Below, one piece after another: positions 11,801 to 24,095 of a DNA stretch of 58,915 nt (position 1 is the stretch's first letter; each line of letters opens with the position of its first letter). The position numbers were made by a program, and so were the translations under genes. A model generated the notes under the pieces. It was not told where the DNA came from. It ran no database searches and worked only from the letters and a program-made list of their open reading frames with translations. This DNA comes from Octopus bimaculoides (taxonomy: Eukaryota), in contig NC_068982.1 in NCBI RefSeq assembly GCF_001194135.2, forward strand, positions 188,876,950-188,935,864, in the 5' to 3' direction.

Positions 11801-12115
11801 AATTTAAATTAAGGTTTGGAAAGTACAATTTCCTGAAAGCCAGACCACATCATGGTCCCAGCAGAGAAATTGGTAAAGATGTTGTTCCAGAGGGTGGCAA
11901 GGGAGATGTGACGGAACAGTCTCTCTCTGACTCATGGGGCTCACATTTTCAGACCTTATATGTAATTATACAGACTGTCTGAGCTCCATGCATAGTTCTA
12001 TGCAGTTAGTATTTACAGCCTGAGTTATAGAAGAAAATTTTATAGCATCAGTTTGTCTCACCTGATAACTAGAAATAGTTTTTGTTACATCCACCTGGAG
12101 AGTCCGAGCAGTAAT

Positions 12116-12470
12116 TCTATATATGTGTATAGATGTCTATAGCTGTGTGTATTTATGTCTATAGTTGTGTATATATGTCTATAGCTGTGTGTATATATGT
12201 CTATAACTGTGTGTATATATGTCTATAGCAGTGTGTATATATGCCTACAGCTGTGTGTATATATGTCTATAGTTGTGTATATATGTCTATAGCTGCGTGT
12301 ATTTATGTCTATAGCAGTGTGTATATATGTCTATAGCTGTGTGTGTATATATGTCTATAGCTGTGTGTATATGTCTATAGCTGTGTGTATATATATCTAT
12401 AGCTATGTGTATATATATCTATACCCATGTGTATTTATGTCTACAGCTGTGTATATATGTCTATAGTCGT
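12116..12470. repeat. About 22-bp minisatellite, roughly 16 copies
   Basis: Unit GTCTATAGCTGTGTGTATATAT with variants. Confidence 0.9.
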
Positions 12471-12545
12471 GTGTATGTGTCAATGTGTTCGTGAATATAT
12501 TTATTTGTGTATGTATATATTATTCAATGTGTAGATGTATTAGTG

Positions 12546-12586
<41 letters not shown>

Positions 12587-13059
12587 CTTTATGTTGTTGT
12601 TGTTGTCCAACATCAAGTCAGCTCTGATCCAATTTACATGGACAGATGGAAATAGATACCAAATTTCTTTCTAAGACAGTCTGTCTTTTTTTTCTTCCTT
12701 TTTTTTAGTGTAATGTCAGAGCTTAGGGAGTTCCTCTTCTCTGCTAAAATCATTTGAACCAAGACAACTTCCTTAATGTGATTTTTCCTTCCTGCAAAGA
12801 GATGGGTTTGGCCCTTCCTCCATTTAACATCCAGGAAAAGGAGGGGACGGTGGCTTTATGCCTGGTGTTGGGAAGCTAAAATAGGGATTCACAATCAGGG
12901 TCCACATGACCCTTAGTAATAGACCATAAGATTTCATTGCTAAAGTTAAGATGCAATAAATCAGTTACACTTCTGCAATGCACAAAATATCTGGACAATT
13001 TCTTTTATACAATTCCTAAAAATATTTAATTATAAAGATGTGTTTTTTTTTCTTTTCAA

Positions 13060-13282
13060 CCCTTTCGTTACCAACCCGGCTGAAACTGCCTCTGGCTCTG
13101 TAGTATAAAATGTCTTGTTTTCATAAGTATTGAACTAAAACCTTCCACCAAACCTTAGTCACAATTTATGTTCCTAACACTAGCTGAATGATAACTAAGT
13201 TATTTTACTAAATTCTTTGTTATATTTAAAACTAATAGAAAGAAACACAGAGCATCTCAACAGAAACACAGTAACAAAAGGG
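13060..13282. mobile_element. piggyBac-like MITE
   Basis: TCAA|CCCTTTCGTTACC ... GTAACAAAAGGG|TTAA; about 220 bp; several copies in window. Confidence 0.85.
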
Positions 13283-13359
13283 TTAAACATCAAATAGCTC
13301 TGGAGGTCTAGTAGGGTAAACTAGGAATCAAGGAGGTCTGCAGGCTAAAAATGGTTGAG

Positions 13360-13450
13360 AAACAGTGGGCTAATATATGATAAAGGGGAAAGCAGTGGCT
13401 AAAATATGATAAAGTGGAAAGCAGTGGGCTAAAATATGATAAAGGGAAAG
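13360..13450. repeat. About 30-bp tandem repeat, 3 copies
   Basis: GAAAGCAGTGGGCTAAAATATGATAAAGGG repeated. Confidence 0.85.
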
Positions 13451-13762
13451 AAGAGGTGTGTTGCTACAAAGGAGACAGATGACAATGCCACATTATGTAG
13501 AGATAAGTGGGAAGCTGGGAAGAAGATAAAGATGGTAGTGATGGGGGGAGGGGGACAGAGCAAAGTCTCAAGGTAACAAGAAGGTGAGCTTAAGAGGGGA
13601 CAGAGACAGAAGGTCAGAGATGGAGGAAGAAGAGAGAAGGTGGTTTCATTGGAGCGTGAGAGTATTGACTACAAATGATCTGAATGGTTTGTCAGATGCC
13701 AAACGAAACCAAACTGAACCGGTTTGAATATCCCAACCCTGTTTAGGAATTTAATAATTTCC

Positions 13763-14437
13763 ATGACAGAATTGTTAGCAAACTGAACAAAGTACTTAAA
13801 GGGATTTTGTCAGTTTTATGTTTGGGGTTCAAATGCCACTGAGGTCAATTTTGTCTTTCATCCTTTCCAGGTCTCTGAAGTAAGTACCAGTTGAGCACTG
13901 GGGGTTGATGTAATCAACTTACCCCCTCCCCCCCCCCAAATTTCTGGCCTTGTGCCAAAATCTGAAACCAATATTCTGAGCTCAAAGGCGGTGGGATGGC
14001 AGAATCATTAGCACGCCGAGCGAGATGCTTAGCGGAATTTTGTCTGTCTTTACGTTCTGAGTTCAAATTCCATCAAGGTTGACTTTGCCTTTCGTCCTTT
14101 TGGGGTCAATAAATTAAGTACCAGTTGCATACTAGGGTTGATCTAATTGACTGCCCCCCACACCACACACCAAATTTCGGGCCTTGTGCCTAGAGTAGAA
14201 AAGAATATTCTGAGTTCAAAATAAGGCAGTGAGCTGGCAGAATCCTTAGCATGTCAAGTAAAATGCTTTGTGGCATTCCATCCATCTTTACGTTCCGAGT
14301 TCAAATTTTGCTGGGGTCAACTCTTCTTTCATCCTTTCAGGATCGATAAAATAAGTACCAGCTGAACATTGGGATCGATGCAATCCACTTTCTCCCTCCC
14401 GCCAAACTGGTGGCCTAGCGCTGAAATTTGAAATCAA
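13763..14437 (+). mobile_element. Three head-to-tail SINE-B copies
   Basis: Copies start near 13763, 13985 and 14223, each with GTTCAAAT B box and CTTTCATCCTTT core. Confidence 0.85.
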
Positions 14438-15494
14438 TAATTTCCATGGCAACTCAGTTTATCTCTGAGAAATGTAACAAAAGCTTCTTTAACAAAAGCT
14501 CAGGTAGTGGTGGTGGGGAGGGGAATATAACCCCCGCCCCATCTCTGTCACCAACCTGCTCCATTCTGGCCTGACCATTTTAAAATAGTGATGGTGGGGG
14601 GAGTAGTGGAGTATGAATAGTAAATTGTAAAAGGTGACAAAACAAGAAGGGAAGCTGGGGAAAGAGGTTAATGCTATCACAGCAGAAAATCAGATGAGGA
14701 TTTAAAAACGACGACATTACAATCTGTAGAGAAGATAATGTAATTTCAGACTTTAGATGAAATTAATTATTAATGTGCTTTACTGGAGCGAACCGGAATG
14801 AACTGGAATGAAACAAGATGACAGAGACTGCACTGGCTTGTCAATAATTATGACAAAACAACCACAACAACAAGAGGAAATATGTAAATAAGAAGATTGA
14901 ATGAGTAACCTGTCATTGGAGCCGGTGGTTTGCTGGTGTGGGGATATGTGTGTGGCAATGGGTGTGTGTGTGTGTGCCTGGCTGTGTGTGTGTGTGTGTG
15001 TGTATGTCTTAGTGCGTGTACATGTATTATGTATCACTGAGTGTGTATACATGTATAGATGTATTACTGTATGCATGTGTGTCTTTGTTATTTTTGTTGT
15101 CCAGCATCAAATCATCCCTGATCCAGCATACACACACACACATACATATACACACACACACACACATCATCATCATTTTGTCTACCTTCCATGCTGGCAC
15201 AAACATATGTATACATACACACACACATATATATATATATAAAATTGATCCCCCCCCCAAAAAAAAATTGAAGAAGAAACACAACAAGAAAAAACAACAA
15301 CACAAAGACGTGCTACATGTAAAGTATTAGCAGATGCTCAGGGAAGGAAAGAAAGATGGCTTAAGGTTTTGAGCAAATGCTCTTCTTCAGAAACAGGAGA
15401 CAGAGGGAAGTTCAAGAGAAAATTACTCAAACAAATAAAAGAATATAAATGTACACTTGTATGTATATACACACACACATATATATATGTGACA

Positions 15495-15640
15495 TGCTCC
15501 CACACGGTTTCCATATACCAAATCTACTCGCTAAGCTTTATTCATCCTGGGGCTATCGTAGAAGACACTTGCCCAAAGTGCCATGGAGTGGGACTGAACT
15601 TGGAACCATGTAGTTGGGAAGCAAGCTCCTCACCACACAG
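15495..15640 (-). mobile_element. SINE-A 5' half
   Basis: GAAGACACTTGCCCAAAGTGCC...GGGACTGAAC...CACCACACAGC. Confidence 0.75.
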
Positions 15641-15750
15641 CAAAACAAAATATATTTGATCTGCACTTCTTGGATTAGTTTATGGAACTTTGGAAATAGT
15701 TTGGAAATAATTTTCTTCTTTATCCTCAGCAACCACTCAGCGTGTATGCA

Positions 15751-15789
<39 letters not shown>

Positions 15790-15890
15790 ATATATAGGAA
15801 GAGGAGAAAGAGCCATGTATGAAAGAAAAATGAAAGCATCCATTCATCCATACATACATACAATTATCTGTATAAATATATATATATATA

Positions 15891-16059
15891 GGTGTAGGAG
15901 TGGCTGTGTGGTAAGTAGCTTGCTTACCAACCACATGGTTCTGGGTTCAGTTCCACTGCGTGGCACCTTGGGCAAGTGTCTTTTACTATAGCTTTGGGCC
16001 GACCAAAGCCTTGTGAGTGGATTTGGTAGACGGAAACTGGAAGAAGCCCGTCGTATATG

Positions 16060-16098
<39 letters not shown>

Positions 16099-16300
16099 TT
16101 GTTCCCTCCCCACCCAACATGGTTTGACAACCGATGCTGGTGTGTTTACATACCCGTAACTTAGTGGTTCGGCAAAAGAGTCTGATAGAATAAGTACTAG
16201 GCTGACAAAGAATAAGTCCTGGGGTTGATTTGCTCGACTAAAGGCGGTGCTCCAGCATGGCCGCAGTCAAATGACTGAATCAAGTAAAAGAGTAAAAGAA
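15891..16300 (+). mobile_element. SINE family A, full length
   Basis: GGTGTAGGAGTGGCTGTGTGG head through tail GCAGTCAAATGACTGAATCAAGTAAAAGAG. Confidence 0.9.
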
Positions 16301-16405
16301 TATATATTATTTTGTTTTATATCTATTTTTTAAAATTGTACATTTTATCTTTTCCATTCATATTAATGTTTGCACTCACACACACACACACACGTGTGTG
16401 TATGA

Positions 16406-16439
<34 letters not shown>

Positions 16440-16935
16440 TAGTGCGTGTGCATGTGTTTGGGTGTCTATAGTTATAAGAAGTTGACAAATAGCTTCTTAA
16501 TGCATCTACTGTTGCAGCTGCAGATTCCATTTGACTGCAATGAGCTACAAAATGCAGCAGGTGGCAGCGACGTAGTCTGGTTCCATTCCTCTAAGTTTGC
16601 CATTGTCGTGGAGAGATGAGGCGAGAGAGATAAAGAGGAGAACGTGAGATGGCTGTACAGAAAGACATACATGGAAATAATTGGTTAAACACTAACGTCT
16701 GTACACAGACATAGATATGGAGAAGGAAAGAGACGGAGAAGAAGAAAATGAAAGCATCCATCCATCCATCCATACATATGATTATCTGTGTAAATACAGA
16801 CATAAGTGCAGGAGGGGCTGGGTGGTAAGAAGCTTGCTTACCAACCACATGGCTCCAGGTTCAGTCCCACTGTGTGGCACGAGAGGCAAGTGTCTTCTAC
16901 TATAGACCTAGGCCGCGCGGATTTGGTGTCTTCTG

Positions 16936-16991
<56 letters not shown>

Positions 16992-17527
16992 ATTTTTCTA
17001 TTTTCTCTCCTTGTTTCTTTCTGTGTTCCTTTCTGTTGAAGAGCGTAGGCTTGAACCGTTAAAGACTTTTTCACTTCCCAAGCATTAAACCAATACATCT
17101 GTTTGTTGTTTACACCACCTGTCTTCATCTGTTGTTTTTTTTTGTGAATTCTCCCTATATATACACCTGCAGTACAAGTGTCTTCTACTATAGACTTGTG
17201 AGTGGATTTGATAGAGGGAAAATGAAAGAAGCCAGTTGCATACATATTATATATATATATATATCATTGCTATTATTTTAAACTGTCATATGTCCAAACT
17301 TGGCCAAATGTATTTTCTTCATTATTCATTTTTGCTTGCAATAACAGGTTCTTTTGGTCAAACTATCATATCTCCAGCTGCTTCAGATGCCAAACTATCA
17401 AAACTTGTTAAAGTGTAGTACAATGGTTTTGCTATGGAATGGTGAAACTACTTTTCATTTTCTGCAAAAGCAACGTTTTGTCTTACAACACTTTTGCGTA
17501 ATAGCAATGATATGTATTTGTATGTCT

Positions 17528-17730
17528 GTGTTTGTCCCTCCATCCTGCCCACCACTATTGCTTGACAACCGATGTTGGCGTGTTTATGTCTCCATAACTT
17601 AGCGGTTTGGCAAAAGAGACCGATGAAATAAGTACTAGGCTTACAAAGAATAAGTTCTGGGGTCGATTTGTTCAACTAAAAGTGGTGCTCTAGCATGGCC
17701 GCAGTAAAAATAACTGAAACAAGTAAAAGA
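17528..17730 (+). mobile_element. SINE-A 3' half
   Basis: GCTTGACAACCGATG...GGCAAAAGAGACCGAT...GGTGCTCTAGCATGGCCGCAG. Confidence 0.8.
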
Positions 17731-17756
17731 AACATAAGGAAAAAAAAACATACATC

Positions 17757-18200
17757 ATCATCATCATTTAATGTCCGCTTTCCATGCTGGCATGGGTTGG
17801 ACAGTTTGACTGAGGATTGGCAAATCAGAAGGCTGTACCAAGCTCCAGTCTGATCTGGCAAGCTTTCTACAGCACGGGAGCCAGTCAGGTGGCACTGGCA
17901 TCAGCCACATTCGAATGGTACCTTTTACATACCACTGGCACAGGAGCCAGTCAGGTGGCCCTGGCATCGGCCATGCTTGTATAGCACTTTTTACATGCCA
18001 CCGGCATGAGTGTCATTTGCCTGACACCGGTATCTGGCATGACTGTAATTTTGCTCGGTTTGATGGGTCTTCTTCTCAAGCATGACATAATGCCAAAGCT
18101 TTTAGTCATTGTCTCTGCGAGGCTCAACGCTCAAAAGGAACTCAGCCACTTTGCCTCAATAAGGCCCAACACTCAAGAGAAACTCAGCCACTTTGCCTCC
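17757..18200 (-). mobile_element. Family E with internal repeat units and RTE ORF end
   Basis: E tail, about 2 array units, then CTTCTCAAGCATGACATAATGCCAAAG and about 42-bp repeats (see finding at 55260). Confidence 0.7.
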
Positions 18201-18254
18201 ATTAATCAGTTCATAGAATAATGAAAAGGAAGTAAACAGTGAAAAAGCTGTTTA

Positions 18255-18490
18255 AAAAGAAAAAAAGAAAATGGTGGAGGTGCATCGGGTGTACTGTTGG
18301 TGAATTTCGGAGAATGTAATGTCCCAACATCTAACAACTGGTGTGGGTAGTTTATTCCATGCTTCAGCCATTCCTAAAAGTGATGGGGTACTGTGTGTTG
18401 TTTCTTTGATTTTGTAAGCATGTCCATGGGTGTTGGACATATGGACTTCGAAAAGGTGCCCAAAGTTGTTGGAAAGATATGGATAAAATA
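18255..18490 (-). pseudogene. CR1/L2-group LINE ORF2 C-terminal relic
   Basis: Translation THGHAYKI...AEAWNKLPTPVVRC matches the conserved TRGHxxKL...RxxxxWNxLP end of CR1-group ORF2. Confidence 0.7.
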
Positions 18491-19219
18491 ACAGAAAACA
18501 AAATCTAAAATGGTTGTTGAATCAACAAATAGATAGACAAATGAATGGAGGTGAATTGTATGTTCAATGTTTGCAGTGATTTATCTTTAGATGTGAACTT
18601 TAAATCTGGCAAAGGAAGACAGAAGATATTTGTCAGGCTGAGAGCAGAGAGGTGTTATTAACCAGGTGAGGAATAGTTTGTTAGTAAATAAACTTTGTTT
18701 TGCAATGAAAGGAGTTGAAAGACTGCTTTCTACACCGGCAATACAATATTAAGAGGACATAACACGTGTGTGCGCATGGGATGTGGGTGGGTGAATTCTT
18801 ACAAGTAAACAAGAAGGGGAAAAGAGAAGACAACAGATAAACATTAGAACACTATGTCCATTATGTTTTATATATATACATATATAATTCAAAGAGAGTT
18901 ATAGGTTGTGAATCGAACCAACTATCCAATATACTGCTGGTAGAAGACCCAATTATTAATGCACAAGTGTTGGTTATTGCATGGCAATTACACTATTGAG
19001 TGTAATAAAAGGGCAAGAGTAAAAAGGGTTTTTACCTTAATTTATACGGCAAGAAGAAAATGGAGGGGGTCCAAAGATGCATCAACTGTTAGACATTATA
19101 TTATGTGTATTTATTTATTATAAACAGTTATATGGGAAGATATATATCCATGTGTAAAGATTGTGTTTTACATATAAAGTACCAGCAATTTCTAGAATAA
19201 AGAAATGTATTCTTGTATT

Positions 19220-19415
19220 CTTTTACTGGTTTCAGTCACTTGACTGCGGCCATGCTGGAGCACCGCTTTAGTTGAACAAATCGACCCCAGAACTTAATCT
19301 TTGTAAGCCTAGTACTTATTCTATCTGTCTCTTTTGCCGAACCGCTAAGTTACAGGGACATAAACACACCAGCATCGGTTGTCAAGCGATGGTGGGGGAC
19401 AAGCACAGACACACA
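19220..19415 (-). mobile_element. SINE-A 3' half, cut by gap
   Basis: GTTTCAGTCACTTGACTGCGGCCATGCTGGAGCACCGC. Confidence 0.85.
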
Positions 19416-19418
19416 TAC

Positions 19419-19469
<51 letters not shown>

Positions 19470-19975
19470 NNNNNNNNNNNNNNNNNNNNNNNNNNNNNNN
19501 NNNNNNNNNNNNNNNNNNNNNNNNNNNNNNNNNNNNNNNNNNNNNNNNNNNNNNNNNNNNNNNNNNNNNNNNNNNNNNNNNNNNNNNNNNNNNNNNNNNN
19601 NNNNNNNNNNNNNNNNNNNNNNNNNNNNNNNNNNNNNNNNNNNNNNNNNNNNNNNNNNNNNNNNNNNNNNNNNNNNNNNNNNNNNNNNNNNNNNNNNNNN
19701 NNNNNNNNNNNNNNNNNNNNNNNNNNNNNNNNNNNNNNNNNNNNNNNNNNNNNNNNNNNNNNNNNNNNNNNNNNNNNNNNNNNNNNNNNNNNNNNNNNNN
19801 NNNNNNNNNNNNNNNNNNNNNNNNNNNNNNNNNNNNNNNNNNNNNNNNNNNNNNNNNNNNNNNNNNNNNNNNNNNNNNNNNNNNNNNNNNNNNNNNNNNN
19901 NNNNNNNNNNNNNNNNNNNNNNNNNNNNNNNNNNNNNNNNNNNNNNNNNNNNNNNNNNNNNNNNNNNNNNNNNNA

Positions 19976-20425
19976 TAGAAATTGGAGTTGTGACCATTGC
20001 CAGTGCTGCCTGACTGGCTCACCATGCTGGTGGCACATAATAAGCACCTTTCAAGCATAGGTTGAAGCCAATTCCACCTGACTGGCTCCCCGTGCCAATG
20101 GCATGTAAAAACCACTTTCCAAATGCAGTCTATGCCAGTCCCCCCCACCGACTGGCTCCTGTGCCGGTGGCACATAGAAAGCACCATTCGAATGTGGTCA
20201 ATGCCAGTGCTGCCTGACTGGCTCCCCATGCCAGTGGCATGTAAAAAACACCCAGTACATTCTCGGAGTGGTTGGCATTAGGAAGGGCATCCAACTGTAG
20301 AAAGCTTGCCAGATCAGATCGGAGCCTGGTGTGGCCTCCTAGTTTGCCAGTCCCCTGTCAAACGGTCCAACCCATGCCAGCATTGGAAAACCCGACGTTA
20401 AATGATGCTGCTGATGATGATGATC
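19976..20425 (+). mobile_element. Family E with about 4-5 internal 60-66-bp units
   Basis: Repeated TGCCAGT..GACTGGCTC..GTGGCAC.TA.AAAGCACC, then E tail and (GAT)n. Confidence 0.8.
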
Positions 20426-20879
20426 ATAAGTAGGTATATAATTATAATAAGGTGTGGGGGGCACGTTTGGGTTCTGAAAATGAATACCTTAATATGTGAT
20501 GGTTTGTATGATAGAACCAGGGCCTAGTGCAGCCTCCTGGCTTCCCAGACCCCAGTCGATCCGTCCAACCCAGGCCAGCATGGAAAACGGACGTTAAATG
20601 ATGATGATGATGATGATGATTAACCAGGTGGATTTGGTTTGGCATCGAGCAAGGGTTATGGTATCTAAAGGGTTAACAATCAATTCCAGTAATGTTTGTG
20701 TTGTGATGTAGAATGAATTTGGTGAATATTAAGTGAGATGTCTGTACGACTGCAAACATCTGACGGCGTCACCGAGGAATTAGAAGAGACATGGTCTCAG
20801 CCTTTTCTAAATCTCCATATTCCTCCTTCATGGCAATCCAACAGATGTTTGTTTGTGAAGAGAAAAAAACCAAGAAGCA

Positions 20880-21660
20880 TTTGGGAGAAATATATGTGTA
20901 TATATTGAAAGAGAGAAAGAAAGAGTGAGAGAGAGGGGGAAAGAAAGAAGACGAGAGAGAGAGTGAATAAGATATTGAAGGGGGGGGGGAAGAAAGAAGA
21001 GAAAGAAGACAAGAGAGAGAGAGAGAGAGTAAATAAGATATTGAAGGGGAGAGAGAGAGAAAGAAAAAGCGAAAGACAAGAGAGAGAGAGAGAAAGAAAG
21101 AAGAGGGAGAGAGAGAGAGAGGGAAAGAAAGAAGAGAAAGACAAGAGAAAGATATTGAAGGGGAGAGAAAGAAAAGGCGAATGAAGATGAGAGAGGGAGA
21201 GAGAGAAATAAGAGAAAGAATATGAGAGAGAGAGAGAGAGAGAGAATAAAACATTGAGGAGGAGAAAAACAGAAAGAGAAAAGAAAGACAAGAGAGAGAG
21301 AGAAAGAGAGTGAATAAGATATTGAGGAGGAGAGAGAGAAAGAAAAAAATTAATGAAGACAAGAGAGTGAGACAGAGAGAGAAGAGAGAAAGAGTGAGTA
21401 AAACAGAGGGGAAGAGAGACAGAAAGAGAAAAGAAAGAAGACAACAGAGAGAGAGAGAGAGAGAGAGAGAGAAAATGAAGTGAATGAAGAAGAGAGAGAG
21501 AGAGAGAAAATGAAGTGAATGAAGAAGAGAGAGAGAGAAAGGAGAAGAAAATGAAGAAGACATAGAGAAACAGAGAAAGAAAGAACGAAAGAGTAAGAAA
21601 AGAGAAAGTAAAGTTGAGGAGAAAAGAAATGGAAGAAGGAAGCAGAGGGGGAAGTGTGTG
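20880..21660. repeat. Long polypurine (GA/GAAA) low-complexity tract with degenerate subrepeats
   Basis: Recurring GTGAATAAGATATTGA and GAAAGACAAGAGAGAG blocks; source of the Leu/Ser/Phe ORFs on the minus strand. Confidence 0.9.
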
Positions 21661-22186
21661 GGGGAGGGAGAGTAGTGGAAAGATTAAGAATGGTGTAAAA
21701 GAAAGAAAAAGAATGATAAGATGAAGAAAAACAAAACCTTTAGAAGTGAATGAAAAATATATGTGACATCAGTGAAGTGAAGAATACGGAGAATATGTGT
21801 GAATGAAAAGACATATTAGTGAAGAATATGGTTGAATGTGGAATCACAAGATATATCAGTGGAGAACGGAGAACGCTGAATGGAACTGGAGAAAATGTTT
21901 AAAGAAAAAGAAAAAAAAACAGATTGAAATAAAAGAAATAAAGAAGTTGAAACAACTGTACGAAAGCAAATGCAAAACCATGCTATTTGAAATTCCATAA
22001 ACGGTAAATATGGTTTTGACAGAATTATTGTCTCCATGTAGCAGGACATTAGATTCCAGCATTGATGTTGGAGTGAAACAACAGGTTCAACATCATCATC
22101 ATTGTTTTAACGTCCGCTTTTCCATGCTAGCATGGGTTGGATCGAATTGGCTGTGACAGATTTTCTATGACCATATCATGCTAGCA

Positions 22187-22231
<45 letters not shown>

Positions 22232-22336
22232 TATGGTGTGTTATGAGAATTTATGGAAAGTATCCCATAGAAACTCAACCAGTACGCTAAAAAATGGAGA
22301 AGAGGAGATGTTGAAATTTGGAAGAATTTTAATACA

Positions 22337-22439
22337 TGCATACGATCGTTTCGAACACCGATGTAAATAACATGGTAGAATAATTAAAATTAATTAAATT
22401 AAATTAAATTATTTGCATATCACTGTTCTCCTCAGTGCA
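22337..22439 (-). ncRNA. Type I hammerhead ribozyme with intact catalytic core
   Basis: Minus strand reads TGCA-CTGAGGA-GAACAGTGAT-(56 nt AU-rich)-ATCGGTGTTC-GAA-ACGATCGT-A-TGCA; GUA cleavage triplet. Confidence 0.85.
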
Positions 22440-22762
22440 AGGAATATACAACAAGAATTATTATTATTACAGAAGACTTGATGAAGGAAATGGCAGATAA
22501 CAAAATTTAGATGTATATATTTTATCCTANNNNNNNNNNNNNNNNNNNNNNNNNNNNNNNNNNNNNNNNNNNNNNNNNNNNNNNNNNNNNNNNNNNNNNN
22601 NNNNNNNNNNNNNNNNNNNNNNNNNNNNNNNNNNNNNNNNNNNNNNNNNNNNNNNNNNNNNNNNNNNNNNNNNNNNNNNNNNNNNNNNNNNNNNNNNNNN
22701 NNNNNNNNNNNNNNNNNNNNNNNNNNNNNNNNNNNNNNNNNNNNNNNNNNNNNNNNNNNNNN

Positions 22763-22829
<67 letters not shown>

Positions 22830-22979
22830 ATGCGTCTATGTGAGTGTATAATCAGACAACTAACAGCTGTTAATAATAGCAGACTTGGTGAAGTCAATGA
22901 AGCATGAATGACCTTGTTTAGACTGGGAAGAATTGGGTTAGAAACAGTAAGAACATGGAATGATGAGGGTGGAGTGGGC

Positions 22980-23055
<76 letters not shown>

Positions 23056-23087
23056 TAGAATCCATCAGCAGCAGCATAGTTTTTGTT

Positions 23088-23280
23088 ATTAGTTTGGCAG
23101 AATCATGTTGGAGAAGCAGAGAGAATGCTTTGTAGAAGCTTTGCATTCTGAGTTCAAATCCTGATGCTGTCAACTTCATCTTCCATTCTTCTAGGGTTGT
23201 TAAAGTAAAGTACTATTGTAGTACTTTGAAGTTCATTCAATTGACTAATTCCTTCCTCAAACATCTGGCCTTCTGTCTGT
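23088..23280 (+). mobile_element. Degenerate SINE-B
   Basis: TTGGCAGAATCATG...TTCTGAGTTCAAATCC...GTCAACTTCATCTTCCATTCTT. Confidence 0.6.
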
Positions 23281-23769
23281 GAGAAAATACTGCTGTTGTT
23301 GATATGATTATTATTATTATTATTCATAAGCGGTGGCACCTCTGTTGGTGCCACCTCTTACAAACAGAACAGGATTGCACAAAGGAAACACAAACTGTGC
23401 AAGTCCAGAGCTTTCAGTCCTAGTGGCCCATCAATGCCTGATATGCAGCAGGGCCTTCTAAGCACACATCGGACTAATAGGTCGCAGCCAGACACCCCTT
23501 GACCTGTTGTCTTCTTACATCTGATGTCCTTCGTCATCGTCGACAATGACAGATGAAGATCATCATCATCATCATCATCATCATCTCATTCACTGGTATT
23601 TGTTACAGCTCCTTATTTTCTAAAGTGCAAATTCCATTGAGGTCAACTTGGCCCTTTATCCCTTTCAGGATCAATAGAATAAAGGACCAGTCAAAGATTG
23701 GAGTGAATGTTATAGATTAAGAAGCTGCCCTCAAATGTGCTGGCCTTGTGTCAAAATCAGAAACCCTTA

Positions 23770-24095
23770 TTCATCATTTTAACATCTACTTTTCCATGCT
23801 TTCTATGGCTGGATGCCCTTCCTAATGCCAACTACTCCAAGAATGTACTGGGTGTTTTTTACATGCCACTGGCACAGGAGCCAGTCAGATGGCACTGGCA
23901 TCAACCACTCTCAAATGGCGCTTTTTATGTGCCACCAGCATGGGAGCTAGTCAGACGGCACTGGGATCAACCGCTCTCAAATGGTGCTTTTTACATGCCA
24001 CCGGCACAGGAGCCAGTCAGATGGCACTGGCATCGACCACTCTCAAACGCCACTTTATCTGTGCCGCCGGCATGGGAGCCAGTCAGGTGACGCAT
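23770..24095 (-). mobile_element. Family E with about 3-4 internal units
   Basis: GGAGCCAGTCAGATGGCACTGGCATC repeated at about 66-bp spacing. Confidence 0.8.

Noticed and set aside
15891-15970. tRNA-like A and B boxes
   Set aside because: SINE heads that continue into core and tail; no complete cloverleaf
19272-20229. Long ORFs spanning N runs (also near 2.3, 24.3, 25.6, 33.6 and 51.0 kb)
   Set aside because: Open only because N codons contain no stops
20769-21563. 264-aa and 215-aa Leu/Ser/Phe-rich ORFs that look transmembrane
   Set aside because: Translations of a GA-rich low-complexity tract
21850-22080. Lys/Glu-rich coiled-coil-like frames
   Set aside because: Needs a frameshift and readthrough of stops; explained by A-rich composition
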